DNA of 64,000 bases from an uncultured Chloroflexia bacterium (GTDB lineage Bacteria > Chloroflexota > Limnocylindria > Limnocylindrales > CSP1-4). Location: assembly GCA_963726055.1 (NCBI GenBank), contig CAVSAP010000001.1:35167-99166 (forward strand). Direction: 5' to 3'. The notes under the pieces were generated by a model. It saw nothing but the letters and a program-made list of their open reading frames with translations. It was not told where the DNA came from and made no database searches. Below, one piece after another: positions 18,169-28,683 of the stretch (its first letter is position 1; every line of letters starts with the position of its first letter). The position numbers and the translations under genes are program-made.

Positions 18169-18657
18169 CTACGGGTCGCGAGTCCCCGATGTCCGCGACG
18201 CATCTGTGCCGAAGCCACTCCGGCCACTGCGCGCCTCCAAGGGTTCGAGCTCCTGAAAGAGGGTGATCTGGAGACCGGCCGGCGCAGACAGTCTGGAGTT
18301 CAGCGACCGCCACGGCGTCTCGATCGGAGCCGCGATGAGCTGCGCGCCGGCCGATACGAGATCGTCGGTCGTCGCCGCGCCGTCGGCGACCTCGAATGCG
18401 ACGCGAATCTTCGGGGCTACGTCGCGGCCGACTTCGACCGCATCGATCATCCGTTTCTGGGCTGGATTGGCGATTTCGAGCGTAGCGCGCCCCGCCTCGA
18501 GGATCGCGACGCGAGCATCGCCCTCGCCCTCGAACGCGGCCTGTTCGGGCAGGCCAAGCACGTCCCGGTAGAAGCGGACGGCCTCCTCGTAGTCCTCGGC
18601 CTCGACGACGACGCGCATCTGGATCACGGTCGGACGGGTCGTTGGGTTCGAGGTCAT
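18169..18657 (-). CDS. VOC/glyoxalase family protein
   Basis: 'EDYEEAVRFYRDVLGL', 'RVAFEVAD', 'TPWRSLNSRLSAPAGLQITLFQ'; leaderless TACCGT-N6-ATG. Confidence 0.85.
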   Translation of the reverse strand: MTSNPTTRPTVIQMRVVVEAEDYEEAVRFYRDVLGLPEQAAFEGEGDARVAILEAGRATLEIANPAQKRMIDAVEVGRDVAPKIRVAFEVADGAATTDDLVSAGAQLIAAPIETPWRSLNSRLSAPAGLQITLFQELEPLEARSGRSGFGTDASRTSGTRDP

Positions 18658-18904
18658 CGACAAACGGTAGCAGTCGCACCGGGGAGGCTTCCGCTGAAAG
18701 TGGGATAGGGTGTTCCCATCGCCGACAGCGAGGTCCGCGAGAACTTCGGCGCTCCCCAGCCGGTATCTGTAGTCAGGGTGGTCGACCCGTCGCGCCACGA
18801 GCGGCGCCGGAACTGTCGAACCCCTGCGAGCGATTCAGCCGACCGGCGGCGCGGCTCCTTCGCGAGCCCGCCGCAATCTGCCGTGTGGAGGACCCTCAGG
18901 GCCA

Positions 18905-21900
18905 GTGCGACTAGCCACCCTCTTGCGGGACGTCGCCCGCCGCAGCCGGGCGGACTGGCCCGTCGTGCTCGGCGCGTGGCTCCTCCTCCTGTGTGCGACG
19001 ACCGTGCTGGCCGCGGGTGCCCTGTACGCCGATGTGGTGGCGGTCGGCGGCCTGCGACGAGCGGTTGACCAGGCGCGGCCCGCCGACCGGAACGCGCTCG
19101 TCTGGACGACCGTCGGCGCTGACTTCGATCGGGTCGATGCCGCGGTGTCGGTCGCGCTGGCATCCGTCGTCGTGCCGAACGGAGGCGAGATCAGCCGTGT
19201 CGTTCGGGACAGCTGGCTCACCCCGTCCGGGGTCGGGGACACCGGTGCGACCGTCTCCGGTCTCGCGGGTCACGAACACTTGTCACAACACGCCGACCTC
19301 GTGGCCGGCCGATGGCCCGAGCCGGGCCGCGATCCGATCGAGGCATCGTTACCCGTTGCGCTCGCAGCCGCCCTGGGCCTGGAACCGGGCGACCGCGTCC
19401 GGATGGCCGATCAACGCAACCCCGATCGGACCGTCGATCTGGTCGTGACCGCGATCTGGCAGCCCATTGCCGCCGACCCGTACTGGCAGAGCGTCGGCGG
19501 CGACGAGGCCGCTGAGCTTGCCGCGGGCAGGTCACCCATCGTGGTGACGCTCCAGGATGCCCGTTCCGTGAACGAGGGCCGACCGCTCACCGTCGAGTGG
19601 CGAGTTCTCCCGTCCGCCGACGGCCTGGTGCTCGACGACCTCACTGCCCTGCGTCTCGACCTCGAGACACTCCACGCGCGGGTCGCGTCAGCCGACCGGG
19701 GTCAGACCTTCACGGTCCGGACCACGTTACCGGCCCTGCTGGCCGAAACGGAACGTGCGGTGCTCGTGAGTCGCGGTGGGGTTCTCTTGCTGGTCGGCCA
19801 GTTCGCGATCCTCGCCGCCTACGCCATCGCACTCGTGGCCGGGATCCTGCTCGACCGTCGTCGCAGCGGCAACGGGCTCCTCGAGGCTCGCGGCGCCGGC
19901 AGCTCGCAGATCGGGGCGCTCGCGCTCGGCGAGGCACTGTTGCTCGCAATCCCGACGATCGTGATCGCGCCCTTCCTGGGCTACGCCATCGTCCAGGCAC
20001 TCGGCGCTTCCGGGCCGCTGGCCGGGTCTGGGATCGCATCGAGCGTCCCGATCGGCGGCACCGCGCTCGTGGCATCCGTCGTCGCGGCCGGCGCAGGAGT
20101 CATCGGGCTGACGATCCCGGCGATGCTGCCAGGAAAGGCACCATCGAGGATCCGGGCGACCTTCGCCCGCCAGGGCTCCCAGACCCTCGCACAGCGGCTG
20201 GGCATCGACCTGGCACTTGTCGTCCTGGCCGCGATCGGCCTGTGGCAGATGCAGCTGTACGGTGCGCCGCTCAGCCGTGATATTCGAGGGACGCTCGGGA
20301 TTGACCCATTCCTGATCGCTGCCCCGGCGATCGGCCTCCTCGCCGGAGGAATCCTCGCCGTCCGCGTGCTGCCCCGTCTTGCGGACGCGGCCCAGGTAAT
20401 CGCAGTCCGGCGTCCAGGCCTCGTCCTTCCGCTCGGAGCACGCCAGGTGGCCCGACGACCGCTGCGCTACACGCGCTCCGCCCTCCTCGTGATGCTTGCA
20501 GTCGCACTCGGCACCTTCGCAGCGGTCTACGCCGCGACATGGTCCCGCTCCCAGGCGGATCAGGCGGCCTACCAGGCTGCCAGCGACGTGCGAGTCATCG
20601 GCGGGGACGACACGCGGCTGCCCGGCTGGGCACCCGGCGCGGCCTATCGAGCGATCCCGGGAGTCGAGCGGGTCACCGGCGTCACCCGCGAACCCGTCGA
20701 CGTGGGGCGCTCCTTCCGGGGCGGCGAGATCGTCGGCCTCGACGCCGACGCCGCGAGCGCCATGTTGACGCTCGGACCGGTTTCGCCATCCCGGTCCTGG
20801 GCCGACCTGGCGGCCGATCTGCGGAACGCCCGTCCAGCCACGGGTGCGCCGTTGCCGGTCGGCGTCCGGCGACTGGCGTTGACGCTCGACACGAGCCTGG
20901 AGGCGCCGCCAGACGCGGCCGCACCAGTGCCTGGGACGACCCGCACGATCCGGGCCGCTGCCCTGGTCCTCGACACTGACGGCCGGATCGCGCGGCTTGA
21001 TGGCGGCGACGCCGCGATCGCCGCGGACGGCCAGCGGGTCGAAGTCGACATTCCTGCATCGGTCGGAGGCTCGGCTGTCGACCTGGGCGAACTGCGGCTG
21101 CTCGGAGTCGAGATCATCGCCGGTGCCACCGGAACCAGCACGCTTGTTGGATCGATCGATCTACAGGCGATCGAAACGAGCCTCGACGAGCAGGGGACCG
21201 CCTGGACGACGATCATCGACCCAGGCGCCGAGGGCTGGTCCTGGGCGTCGATCGTCGCCAGTCAGCTGTCGCCATACCTGCCGCCAGAGGGTCAGCCGGG
21301 GCGGCTCGACATCGGCGGGCCGACGCTGCCACCGGTCGGCGGAGCTCCGGGCGCGACATCGACCTACCGTTTCTGGCTGGCCCCGGACGTGCCGGAGGCG
21401 ATGCCGGCGATCGCGGGGAGCACGTTCGCGGCCGCCGCGGGCGTCGTGATCGGCGATCGCCTGAACGCGACCGTCAGCGGCCAGGCCATCACGGTGGACA
21501 TCGTCGGCACCGTCGGTGCGCTGTCGCCGTTCGATCCGACGAAGCCCTTCATCGTCGTCGATGCCGCGACGCTCGAGACGGGTCGCTTCGCGGCGACCGG
21601 CCTGACGATCCGCACGGACGAATGGTGGCTGGCCGTGGCGGACGGCAGTTCCGCCGCGGTGCTCGATCAGGTGCGGGCCCAGCCCTATCGACCCGACATG
21701 ATCCTGGCCCGGGAAGAGCTCGCCGTTGCTGCATCGACTGACCCATTGGGCCTTGGCGTCGTTGGCGCGCTCATCCTCGGTGCGTTGGCCGCGATCGTCG
21801 TGGGCACGATCGGCTTCGTCGTGAGTGCGACGGTGTCCACGAGCGAGCGGTTCGATGAATTCGCGATCCTTCGGGCACTCGGACTCTCCTCGCGCCAGCT

Positions 21901-22180
21901 GTCCGCCTGGGTCACGCTCGAAAACGCCTTCCTGTTGCTGCTCGGGATGCTGTCCGGCCTGGCAATCGGCTTGCTCCTCGCCTGGCTCGTCGTGCCATTC
22001 GCGAGCCTCACTCGTTCCGGTGCAGCACCGGTCCCGGGGCCCGAGCTCGTGGTTCCATGGCTCCAGCTCGCGCCCCTCTATGCCCTGTCCGGGCTGCTGC
22101 TGGTGGCGACGGTCGTGATCGTCCGCCGCCAACTGGCCGGCATCCGGATGGGCGACGTGCTCCGTGGTCGAGGGCTGTAG
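18905..22180 (+). CDS. FtsX/MacB-like ABC transporter permease
   Basis: 1091 aa with two FtsX-type TM blocks ('LLEARGAGSSQI', 'FAILRALGLSSRQL') and large extracytoplasmic domains. Confidence 0.85.
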   Translation: MRLATLLRDVARRSRADWPVVLGAWLLLLCATTVLAAGALYADVVAVGGLRRAVDQARPADRNALVWTTVGADFDRVDAAVSVALASVVVPNGGEISRVVRDSWLTPSGVGDTGATVSGLAGHEHLSQHADLVAGRWPEPGRDPIEASLPVALAAALGLEPGDRVRMADQRNPDRTVDLVVTAIWQPIAADPYWQSVGGDEAAELAAGRSPIVVTLQDARSVNEGRPLTVEWRVLPSADGLVLDDLTALRLDLETLHARVASADRGQTFTVRTTLPALLAETERAVLVSRGGVLLLVGQFAILAAYAIALVAGILLDRRRSGNGLLEARGAGSSQIGALALGEALLLAIPTIVIAPFLGYAIVQALGASGPLAGSGIASSVPIGGTALVASVVAAGAGVIGLTIPAMLPGKAPSRIRATFARQGSQTLAQRLGIDLALVVLAAIGLWQMQLYGAPLSRDIRGTLGIDPFLIAAPAIGLLAGGILAVRVLPRLADAAQVIAVRRPGLVLPLGARQVARRPLRYTRSALLVMLAVALGTFAAVYAATWSRSQADQAAYQAASDVRVIGGDDTRLPGWAPGAAYRAIPGVERVTGVTREPVDVGRSFRGGEIVGLDADAASAMLTLGPVSPSRSWADLAADLRNARPATGAPLPVGVRRLALTLDTSLEAPPDAAAPVPGTTRTIRAAALVLDTDGRIARLDGGDAAIAADGQRVEVDIPASVGGSAVDLGELRLLGVEIIAGATGTSTLVGSIDLQAIETSLDEQGTAWTTIIDPGAEGWSWASIVASQLSPYLPPEGQPGRLDIGGPTLPPVGGAPGATSTYRFWLAPDVPEAMPAIAGSTFAAAAGVVIGDRLNATVSGQAITVDIVGTVGALSPFDPTKPFIVVDAATLETGRFAATGLTIRTDEWWLAVADGSSAAVLDQVRAQPYRPDMILAREELAVAASTDPLGLGVVGALILGALAAIVVGTIGFVVSATVSTSERFDEFAILRALGLSSRQLSAWVTLENAFLLLLGMLSGLAIGLLLAWLVVPFASLTRSGAAPVPGPELVVPWLQLAPLYALSGLLLVATVVIVRRQLAGIRMGDVLRGRGL

Positions 22181-22183
22181 ACG

Positions 22184-24950
22184 ATGCGCTGGCTGGGGCC
22201 GTCACTGCGCCACCTGAGGACCGAGCGAGGACCCGCCATCGGCCTGGCATTGGTCGTCCTCATGACGGCCCTCGCGGCCGGGCTGGCCCCGCGACTCCTC
22301 GATCGAATCTCGGACCAGTCTGTTCGCAGCGCAGTCGAGTCCGCAACGGACGCCGAGGCGAACGTCCAGCTGATCGAGGACGGTCGCATTCGATCTGGCG
22401 CCGAGGAGCCACTCGCGGTCGTCGATGCCGAGGGCGTTGAGCGCGAGGAACGGATGGCCGACGGCATTCGATCGCTCATCGCGGACCGGACCGCGGTCGC
22501 CGACAGCCCGCGCTGGTCGATCGTCACCCCGACGCGGACGGCGAGCACGGTTCGTTTCAGGTTCCAGCCTGGCGCGGAGGAACGCATCCGTCTCGTCGAG
22601 GGCCGCCTGCCGGGGGCGGAACCACGAACCGTGACGCTCACGGCGCCGGCCGAGCCCGAGCCACGGGAGGTCGTGGCCTACGAGGGCATCCTGTCGGTCG
22701 AGGCGCTGGAGGCACTCAACGTCTCGGTCGGCGACACGCTGCTCCTCGGTCCCGACCGGGGCGATCAGCTGTTCGCCGGTGCAGACGTCGATGTGCGTCT
22801 CGGCCTCGAGATCGTGGGCAGTTTCGAGCCGGCCGAGCCTGACGATCGGTTCTGGTTCGCCGACACGGGCCTCTGGCAGCCCGGACTCAGGGCCCTTTCG
22901 GACGACGTCCAGTTCGTGGACGTGACGGCGGCGATGGCGATCGACCTGTACGGCAACCTTCTCATCGAGAGCAACGCCGCGGGCTGGTCGCTCAGGTACA
23001 CCTGGCGATATGCAATCGACCCAGGGCGCATCGAGGCGGAGGCAACCGACACCCTGATCGCGGACTTCCGCCGCCTCGAGAGCACATTCCGGCCACAGAC
23101 CAACTTCTTTCGGGCGTCGAGCGGGACGATCGTCCGAACATCCCTCCTCCGGATCCTTGAAACCCAGCAGCAGCGATGGGTCGCAGCGAGCGGCGTCCTC
23201 GACGTCGCTGCGATCGGCGCCGCCGTCGTCGCGGCGATCGCTCTCGGACGCATGGCTGCACTCCTCGCCTATCGACGGCGAAGCATCCTGGCGGTCACGC
23301 GGAGCCGTGGTGCGTCGATCAGTCAGATCGTCGGCGGCGGCGTGGTCGAGGGCCTGCTCATCGTCGGCCTGCCCGTGGCGGTGGCCCTCGGCGCGGCCCT
23401 GGCCATCCTGCCAACGGGCGAGGCCGGACCGAGCGTCATCGCGGTTGCCATCGTCGGGACAGCGGCCCTCGCCCTGCTCGTCGGATCGATCGTCGCGACA
23501 GGTGTCCGGGCCGCTCCGTCCGGCGGGGCGAGAAGTCAGAGTAGCGGCGAGTCCTGGGCCGCGGAGGCTGGCTTCCGAGGCGCTTGTCGTCGGCCTTGCC
23601 GTGGTTGGCGCGTTGCTCCTGCGCGAACGCGGAATCAGCGGCGGGAGCAGCGCCGGCCAGCTTGGCTCGACCGATCCTTTCGTGGCCGCCGTGCCCGCGC
23701 TGGCGGGCCTCGCCGCCGGCCTGATCGCGATCCGCCTCCTGCCCCTGCCGACGTCCCTGTTCGGATACCTGGCGGCGCAGCGACGTGACCTCGTACCTGT
23801 CCTCGCGGCCCGCCGCGCCCTACGCGACCGGGACACAGGCGCCGTACTGGTCGTCCTACTCGCCGCCGCAACCGTCGGCGCGTTTTCTCTCGCCACCGTC
23901 GCCCACCTGAACCTCGCGGCCGAAGCCGTGAGCTGGCACGAGGTCGGAGCTCCGTACCGATTGCGGGCGGGCGTGACGACCCTGCCGTCGGACCTTGACC
24001 CGGCGACCGTGCCGGGCGTGACGGCGGCCGCGGCAGCGACCGAGACGCAGGCCACGACCTCCGCGAGCGCGACGCGGTTCGACATCCTGGCGATCGATGT
24101 TCGCGCCTACGCGGCGGTCGTCGGCGGTACGCCGGGCGACGTCGAGTTCCCGATCGAGATGTCGCGAGAGTCTCAATCCCCGTATCCCGCGATTGTCTCG
24201 ACTGCCCTGGCGGCGGAACGCGACGGCGCCGACCTCGGCGAGACGTTCCGTCTCACGATCGAGGGCCGAACGGCCGAGTTCCGGGCAGTCGAGGTCCGCG
24301 ACTCGTTCCCGACGATGCCGGCGGGCGGGCGGTTCGTGGTCGTCTCCCGCGAGCACGTCCGGGCGAGCGATCCGGACGCCTTCCTGCCAACAACGTCGCT
24401 GCTCCTGGCGGCCGACGACGGTGCGGCCGGCGACCTTCGAGCGGCGCTCCTGCCGGCGGCCCCGGCATCGAGCCTGACCAGTCAAGCCGAGCAAGCCGCG
24501 AGTCTTCGGGAGTCGCCGATCGTTACTGCCGTCAGCGCGGGCGCGACCGCCGCCGCGCTCGCGGCCGCGGCCTACGCCGCCCTCGCCGTCGCCGTGACAC
24601 TCGCCCTGTCGGGGGCTGCGAGGACGGTGGAGACGGCCCATCTCCGGACCCTCGGGGTGGGTCGGCGCCAGACGATCGGCCTGCTGGTCGTGGAGCACGG
24701 CCCGACAACCCTCTTCGCGTTCATCGTGGGGACGGCCCTGGGTTTCGCGATCTTCCAGCTGCTGGGCGCGCAGATCGGTGTCGGGGAAGTGGTCGGCTCG
24801 CCGCTCCTGCTGCCCCTGGCGATCGGCCCGGCTCACGTCATCGCCCTTCTTGCAGCGGTCCTGGCCATCGTTGCGATCGGAATCGCCCTGGCCGCCACGA
24901 TCCAGGCGCGTATGACAGCATCGACGGCTACACGAAGAGGCATCGAATGA
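22184..24950 (+). CDS. FtsX/MacB-like ABC transporter permease (frameshift near 23520-23550)
   Basis: N-half in ORF 22184-23788 ('AVTRSRGASISQI'), C-half in ORF 23157-24950 ('HLRTLGVGRRQ'); the two frames join near 23540. Confidence 0.8.
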
Positions 24951-25942
24951 CCCACGATCCGACGGCGCGCTCACTCGCCGAGGACGCACCCGAGATCATC
25001 GACCTGCCTGCCAGGCCGGCCGTCAGGGCTCCGGGCCGGCCGCCGGCCCGGCCTCGGTACGGCGAGACAGCGCGGATCGTGTGCGACAACCTCGTCCGTA
25101 TCTACAAGGTCGCCGAGCTGGAGGTCGTCGCCCTCCAGGGACTGGACCTGCTGGTTGATCCGGGCGAGATGATCGCCATCGTCGGTGCTTCCGGGAGCGG
25201 CAAGTCGACGCTCCTCAACATCCTGGCCGGGATGGATGAGCCGTCGGCTGGGCGCGCGGTCGTCGCCGGCCATGACCTCGGCTCCATGGGCCGCCGCGAG
25301 CGGACCAGCTACAGGCGCAAGGTGGTCGGCTTCATCTGGCAGCAGACGGCTCGCAATCTGCTGCCCTACCTGAGCGCAGTCGAGAATGTCGAGCTGCCGA
25401 TGGTTCTCGATGGGCGTCCCGAGCGTCGGCGGCGGGCGATGGAGCTGCTCGATCGGGTAGGGCTCCGGGACCGGGCGGACCACCGGCCGGACCGGCTGTC
25501 GGGAGGCGAGCAGCAGCGCGTGGCCGTCGCCCTTGCCCTGGCCAACGATCCGCCCGTCATCCTCGCCGACGAGCCGACCGGCGAGCTCGACAGCACGACA
25601 TCCGTCGAGATCCTCGGCCTCCTCCGGCAGGCCAATGCCGACCTCGGGACGACGGTCGTGATCGTGACCCACGACCCGCTCGTCTCGGTCCATGTCAACC
25701 GCACCGTGGCCATCAGGGACGGCCGGACCAGCACCGAGACGTTCCACCGGACCGAACTCGGCGAGGAGGGCGACCACACGGTCATCGCCGAGGAGTTCGC
25801 CGTCCTCGATCGGGCAGGGCGTCTGCAGCTGCCGCGCTCGCACATCGAGTCGCTCGAGCTCAGCAATCGGGTCCGGCTCCGACTCGAGGAGGATCACGTC
25901 GGCGTCTGGCCGGACGAGCCGGAACGGAACGAGCGGCGATGA
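24947..25942 (+). CDS. ABC ATP-binding protein (LolD/FtsE-like) with C-terminal extension
   Basis: GASGSGKST, LSGGEQQR, ILADEPTGELD, VTHD; C-terminal 'LDRAGRLQLP' AbrB-like extension. Confidence 0.92.
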   Translation: MTHDPTARSLAEDAPEIIDLPARPAVRAPGRPPARPRYGETARIVCDNLVRIYKVAELEVVALQGLDLLVDPGEMIAIVGASGSGKSTLLNILAGMDEPSAGRAVVAGHDLGSMGRRERTSYRRKVVGFIWQQTARNLLPYLSAVENVELPMVLDGRPERRRRAMELLDRVGLRDRADHRPDRLSGGEQQRVAVALALANDPPVILADEPTGELDSTTSVEILGLLRQANADLGTTVVIVTHDPLVSVHVNRTVAIRDGRTSTETFHRTELGEEGDHTVIAEEFAVLDRAGRLQLPRSHIESLELSNRVRLRLEEDHVGVWPDEPERNERR

Positions 25943-26700
25943 CGCTATCGTCCGATCCCGGCCAGCGGATCGTCGAGGGAACCGGGCTCGTTCGCGACTA
26001 CCCGTCGGGCGACAGTGTCGTCCATGCCCTCCGGGGAGTCGACCTTGCCGTGGGACGCGGGCAGCTCGTCTGCGTCCGGGGCCGTTCCGGCAGCGGCAAG
26101 ACCACGCTTCTCAATCTGCTCGGTGGTCTCGACCGGCCGACGGCCGGTCGGGTCGTGCTCGACGGTCAGGACCTGACCGCGATGGGTGAGCGCGAGCTCG
26201 TGGAGGTCCGGCGGCGGAGCGTCGGGTACATCTTCCAGGCGTTTGGCCTGTTGCCCATCCTGAGCGCGGCCGAGAACGTCGAAGTCCCGCTCCGGCTCGT
26301 GCGAGCCGATTCCCGCGAGCGCGAGGACCGCGTCCAGGATCTGCTCGAGCTGGTCGGTCTCGGCGAGCGCGCCGGCCATCGACCGCACGAGCTCTCAGGT
26401 GGCGAGCAGCAGCGTGTCGCCATCGCCCGCGCCCTCGCGAATCGTCCGCGCCTCGTGCTGGCCGACGAGCCAACCGGCCAGCTCGATTCCGAGACCGGCC
26501 ATCGGATCATGCTGCTGCTTCGCTCGATCGTCCGGGCGGAGGGCATCACCGCGGTGGTCGCGACCCACGATCCGCTGATGCTCGATGCCGCGGATCGGGT
26601 CGTCGAGCTTCATGACGGCCGCCTGGTTGAGCCCCTCGCCGATGCCGAAGGGGCCACTCCGACCGGTACCAATTCGCGCGGGGTGGCTGGCCTGCGCTGA
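25939..26700 (+). CDS. ABC ATP-binding protein (LolD/FtsE-like)
   Basis: GRSGSGKTT, LSGGEQQR, LADEPTGQLD, ATHD. Confidence 0.93.
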   Translation: MTLSSDPGQRIVEGTGLVRDYPSGDSVVHALRGVDLAVGRGQLVCVRGRSGSGKTTLLNLLGGLDRPTAGRVVLDGQDLTAMGERELVEVRRRSVGYIFQAFGLLPILSAAENVEVPLRLVRADSREREDRVQDLLELVGLGERAGHRPHELSGGEQQRVAIARALANRPRLVLADEPTGQLDSETGHRIMLLLRSIVRAEGITAVVATHDPLMLDAADRVVELHDGRLVEPLADAEGATPTGTNSRGVAGLR

Positions 26701-26712
26701 TAGACTCGGACC
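26698..26712 (+). promoter_or_regulatory. extended -10 leaderless promoter TGaTAGACT-N6-GTG for ftsZ
   Basis: TAGACT at 26701-26706, 6-nt spacer, GTG at 26713, no SD sequence; same geometry as six other genes in the window. Confidence 0.6.
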
Positions 26713-28055
26713 GTGGACGCAGGGGCCCAAACGCTCGTCCTTCTCGTCGTCGGCCTCGTGGCGATCGTGCTCGTCGCCAGGCTGCTGATCGCTGTCCCGG
26801 GCTGGATCCGACGGACCCGCCGGCCGGAGACGAGATCCATCCGCGTCATCGGTGTCGGTGGCGCCGGCAGCAACGCGGTCGACCGGATGATCGACGAACA
26901 GGTCTCGAACGTCGACTTTGTCGCCTGCAATACGGACGCCCAGGCCCTCAGGCGCTCGCTTGCCCCGACGAAGATCCGGATCGGTGACGCGATCACCGGG
27001 GGCCTCGGGTCCGGAGGCGACCCGGACGTCGGGCGCAGGTCGGCGGAAGATGGCGCCGGCATCATTGCCGCCGCGGTACGGGGCGCGGACCTCCTGTTCG
27101 TCACGGCCGGCCTCGGCGGAGGAACGGGCTCCGGGGCCGCGCCGATCATCGCCGCGAAGGCCAAGGCGCAGGGCGCTCTCACGATCGGCGTGGTCACGAA
27201 GCCGTTCGCGTTCGAGGGGACCAAGCGCCAGCGGATCGCGGAGGATGCCGCGGAGGAATTGCGCACCCAGGTCGACGCCCTGATCACGATTCCCAACGAC
27301 CGAATGAGCGACGTCGTCAAGGAAGACGCATCAATGGTCGACGCCTTCCGCACGGTCGATGGCGTCCTCGTCCAGGCCGTGCAGGGGATCATCGATCTGC
27401 TCAGCGCACCCGGGCTCATCAATGTCGACTTCGCCGACATCCGGGCGTTGATGCAGGATGCGGGCCCGGCGCTCATCGGGCTTGGGCGTGGCAGCGGCGA
27501 GAACCGCGCGTCCGATGCCGCGCGCCAGGCGATCTCCAGCCCGCTCCTCGAGGCGACCATCCAGGGCGCCAACAACCTGCTCTTCAACATCGCCGGTCCT
27601 GCAGATCTCCAGCTTCGCGAAGTTCGCCTCGCGGCAGATGAGATCCGTGCCGTTGCCGATCCGAATGCCAACGTCATCTTTGGCGCGAGCTTCAGTGAAC
27701 CAATCGGCGAGGACGTCCTCGTGACCCTCATCGCCACCGGGATGAACGGGCACAAGGCAGCGAAGGTCGCCGCTCCCGAGGCCACGCCCGAAGCCAGTCC
27801 CGAGCCGGCCCTCGAAGACAGCGTTGCCACGGTCGCCGAGTCGAGGCGGCGAACGAGGCGGCCCGCCGCCGCCGGTCTCGAGGCGCCGTCAGGCGCGACG
27901 GAACCGGCAACCGCCACCGCGGAACCCGCCGCCGCCCGGAACCGGCCGCCACCGCGGAACCCGCTGTTCCTGCGGTGCCCGCACCGTCGTTCGACGAGGA
28001 GAACTACGAAGTCCCGAGCTTCCTGCGGAGGCGATCGCCGCCGGGCAGCCGCTGA
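26713..28055 (+). CDS. ftsZ: FtsZ paralog with N-terminal transmembrane helix (one frameshift near 27937 in the linker)
   Basis: VIGVGGAGSNAV, NTDAQAL, GLGSGGDP, GGGTGSGAAP, PFAFEG, T7 loop INVDFADI. Conserved C-terminal peptide FDEENYEVPSFLRRR lies in the shifted frame ending at TGA 28053-28055. Confidence 0.9.
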
Positions 28056-28119
28056 GGCCCGGAGCCAGGGCCCGGCGCCCGCGTTTCGCACGCGAGGTGG
28101 GCCGACGTTAGCGGGGAGG

Positions 28120-28662
28120 ATGCTGGTGGGACGGATGTGGACGAGGGGACTCCTCGCCGGCCTGCTGGCGGGCGTCCTCTTCGGCTGCGACATGGGCCCG
28201 CCCAAGATTCCCATCCCGCCAGGGAGCCAGGTCGTTCATGTCGTGATCACCGAGTCAGCGGTGCGCCTGATCCCAGGGACGGTGCGCGCCGGGGACGTCT
28301 ACCTGGTGCTCGACGCGCCCCTGGGCGGCTCGTTCCAGTTCGTCCAGCGGAAACGCGCCGCCGACGAGGCGGAAGGTCCCTTGAGCGACGATGACCTCGA
28401 GCGGCTCGCGCACGGCGATACGGAAGGAACGAGCATCGGGGGCCTGGATTCCGGTGGATGCGCCCCGGACCAGGATGCCGCGAGTCGCGGGATGATGGGC
28501 CCGTGCGGGAACGTCATGAAGGCGACGGTGACCGCTGGGAAATACGCGATCCTCGGACCGGGCTGGACCGAGCAGGAGACGGAGCCGAGCGTTGATCCGA
28601 CCGCCGACCCCGCCGGGTTCGTCCCGCCCCCGTTCATGGGCGTCCTCGAGGTCCTGCCGTGA
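28120..28662 (+). CDS. hypothetical lipoprotein
   Basis: RBS GGGGAGG; signal 'WTRGLLAGLLAGVLFGC'; beta-rich body. The ORF track fuses it to ftsZ only because of the frameshift. Confidence 0.7.
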   Translation: MLVGRMWTRGLLAGLLAGVLFGCDMGPPKIPIPPGSQVVHVVITESAVRLIPGTVRAGDVYLVLDAPLGGSFQFVQRKRAADEAEGPLSDDDLERLAHGDTEGTSIGGLDSGGCAPDQDAASRGMMGPCGNVMKATVTAGKYAILGPGWTEQETEPSVDPTADPAGFVPPPFMGVLEVLP

Positions 28663-28683
28663 CCCGAACAGAACCCCGGCCGG

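Noticed and set aside
18660-18905. N-terminal extension of the VOC gene (ORF start 18798) or a separate small gene
   Set aside because: A leaderless -10 supports ATG 18657, and the extension has no recognisable features.
26713-28662. 649-aa FtsZ-lipoprotein fusion shown in the ORF track
   Set aside because: Artefact of the ~27937 frameshift. The FtsZ C-terminal peptide and its stop (28055) lie in the other frame, and the downstream part has its own RBS and lipobox.
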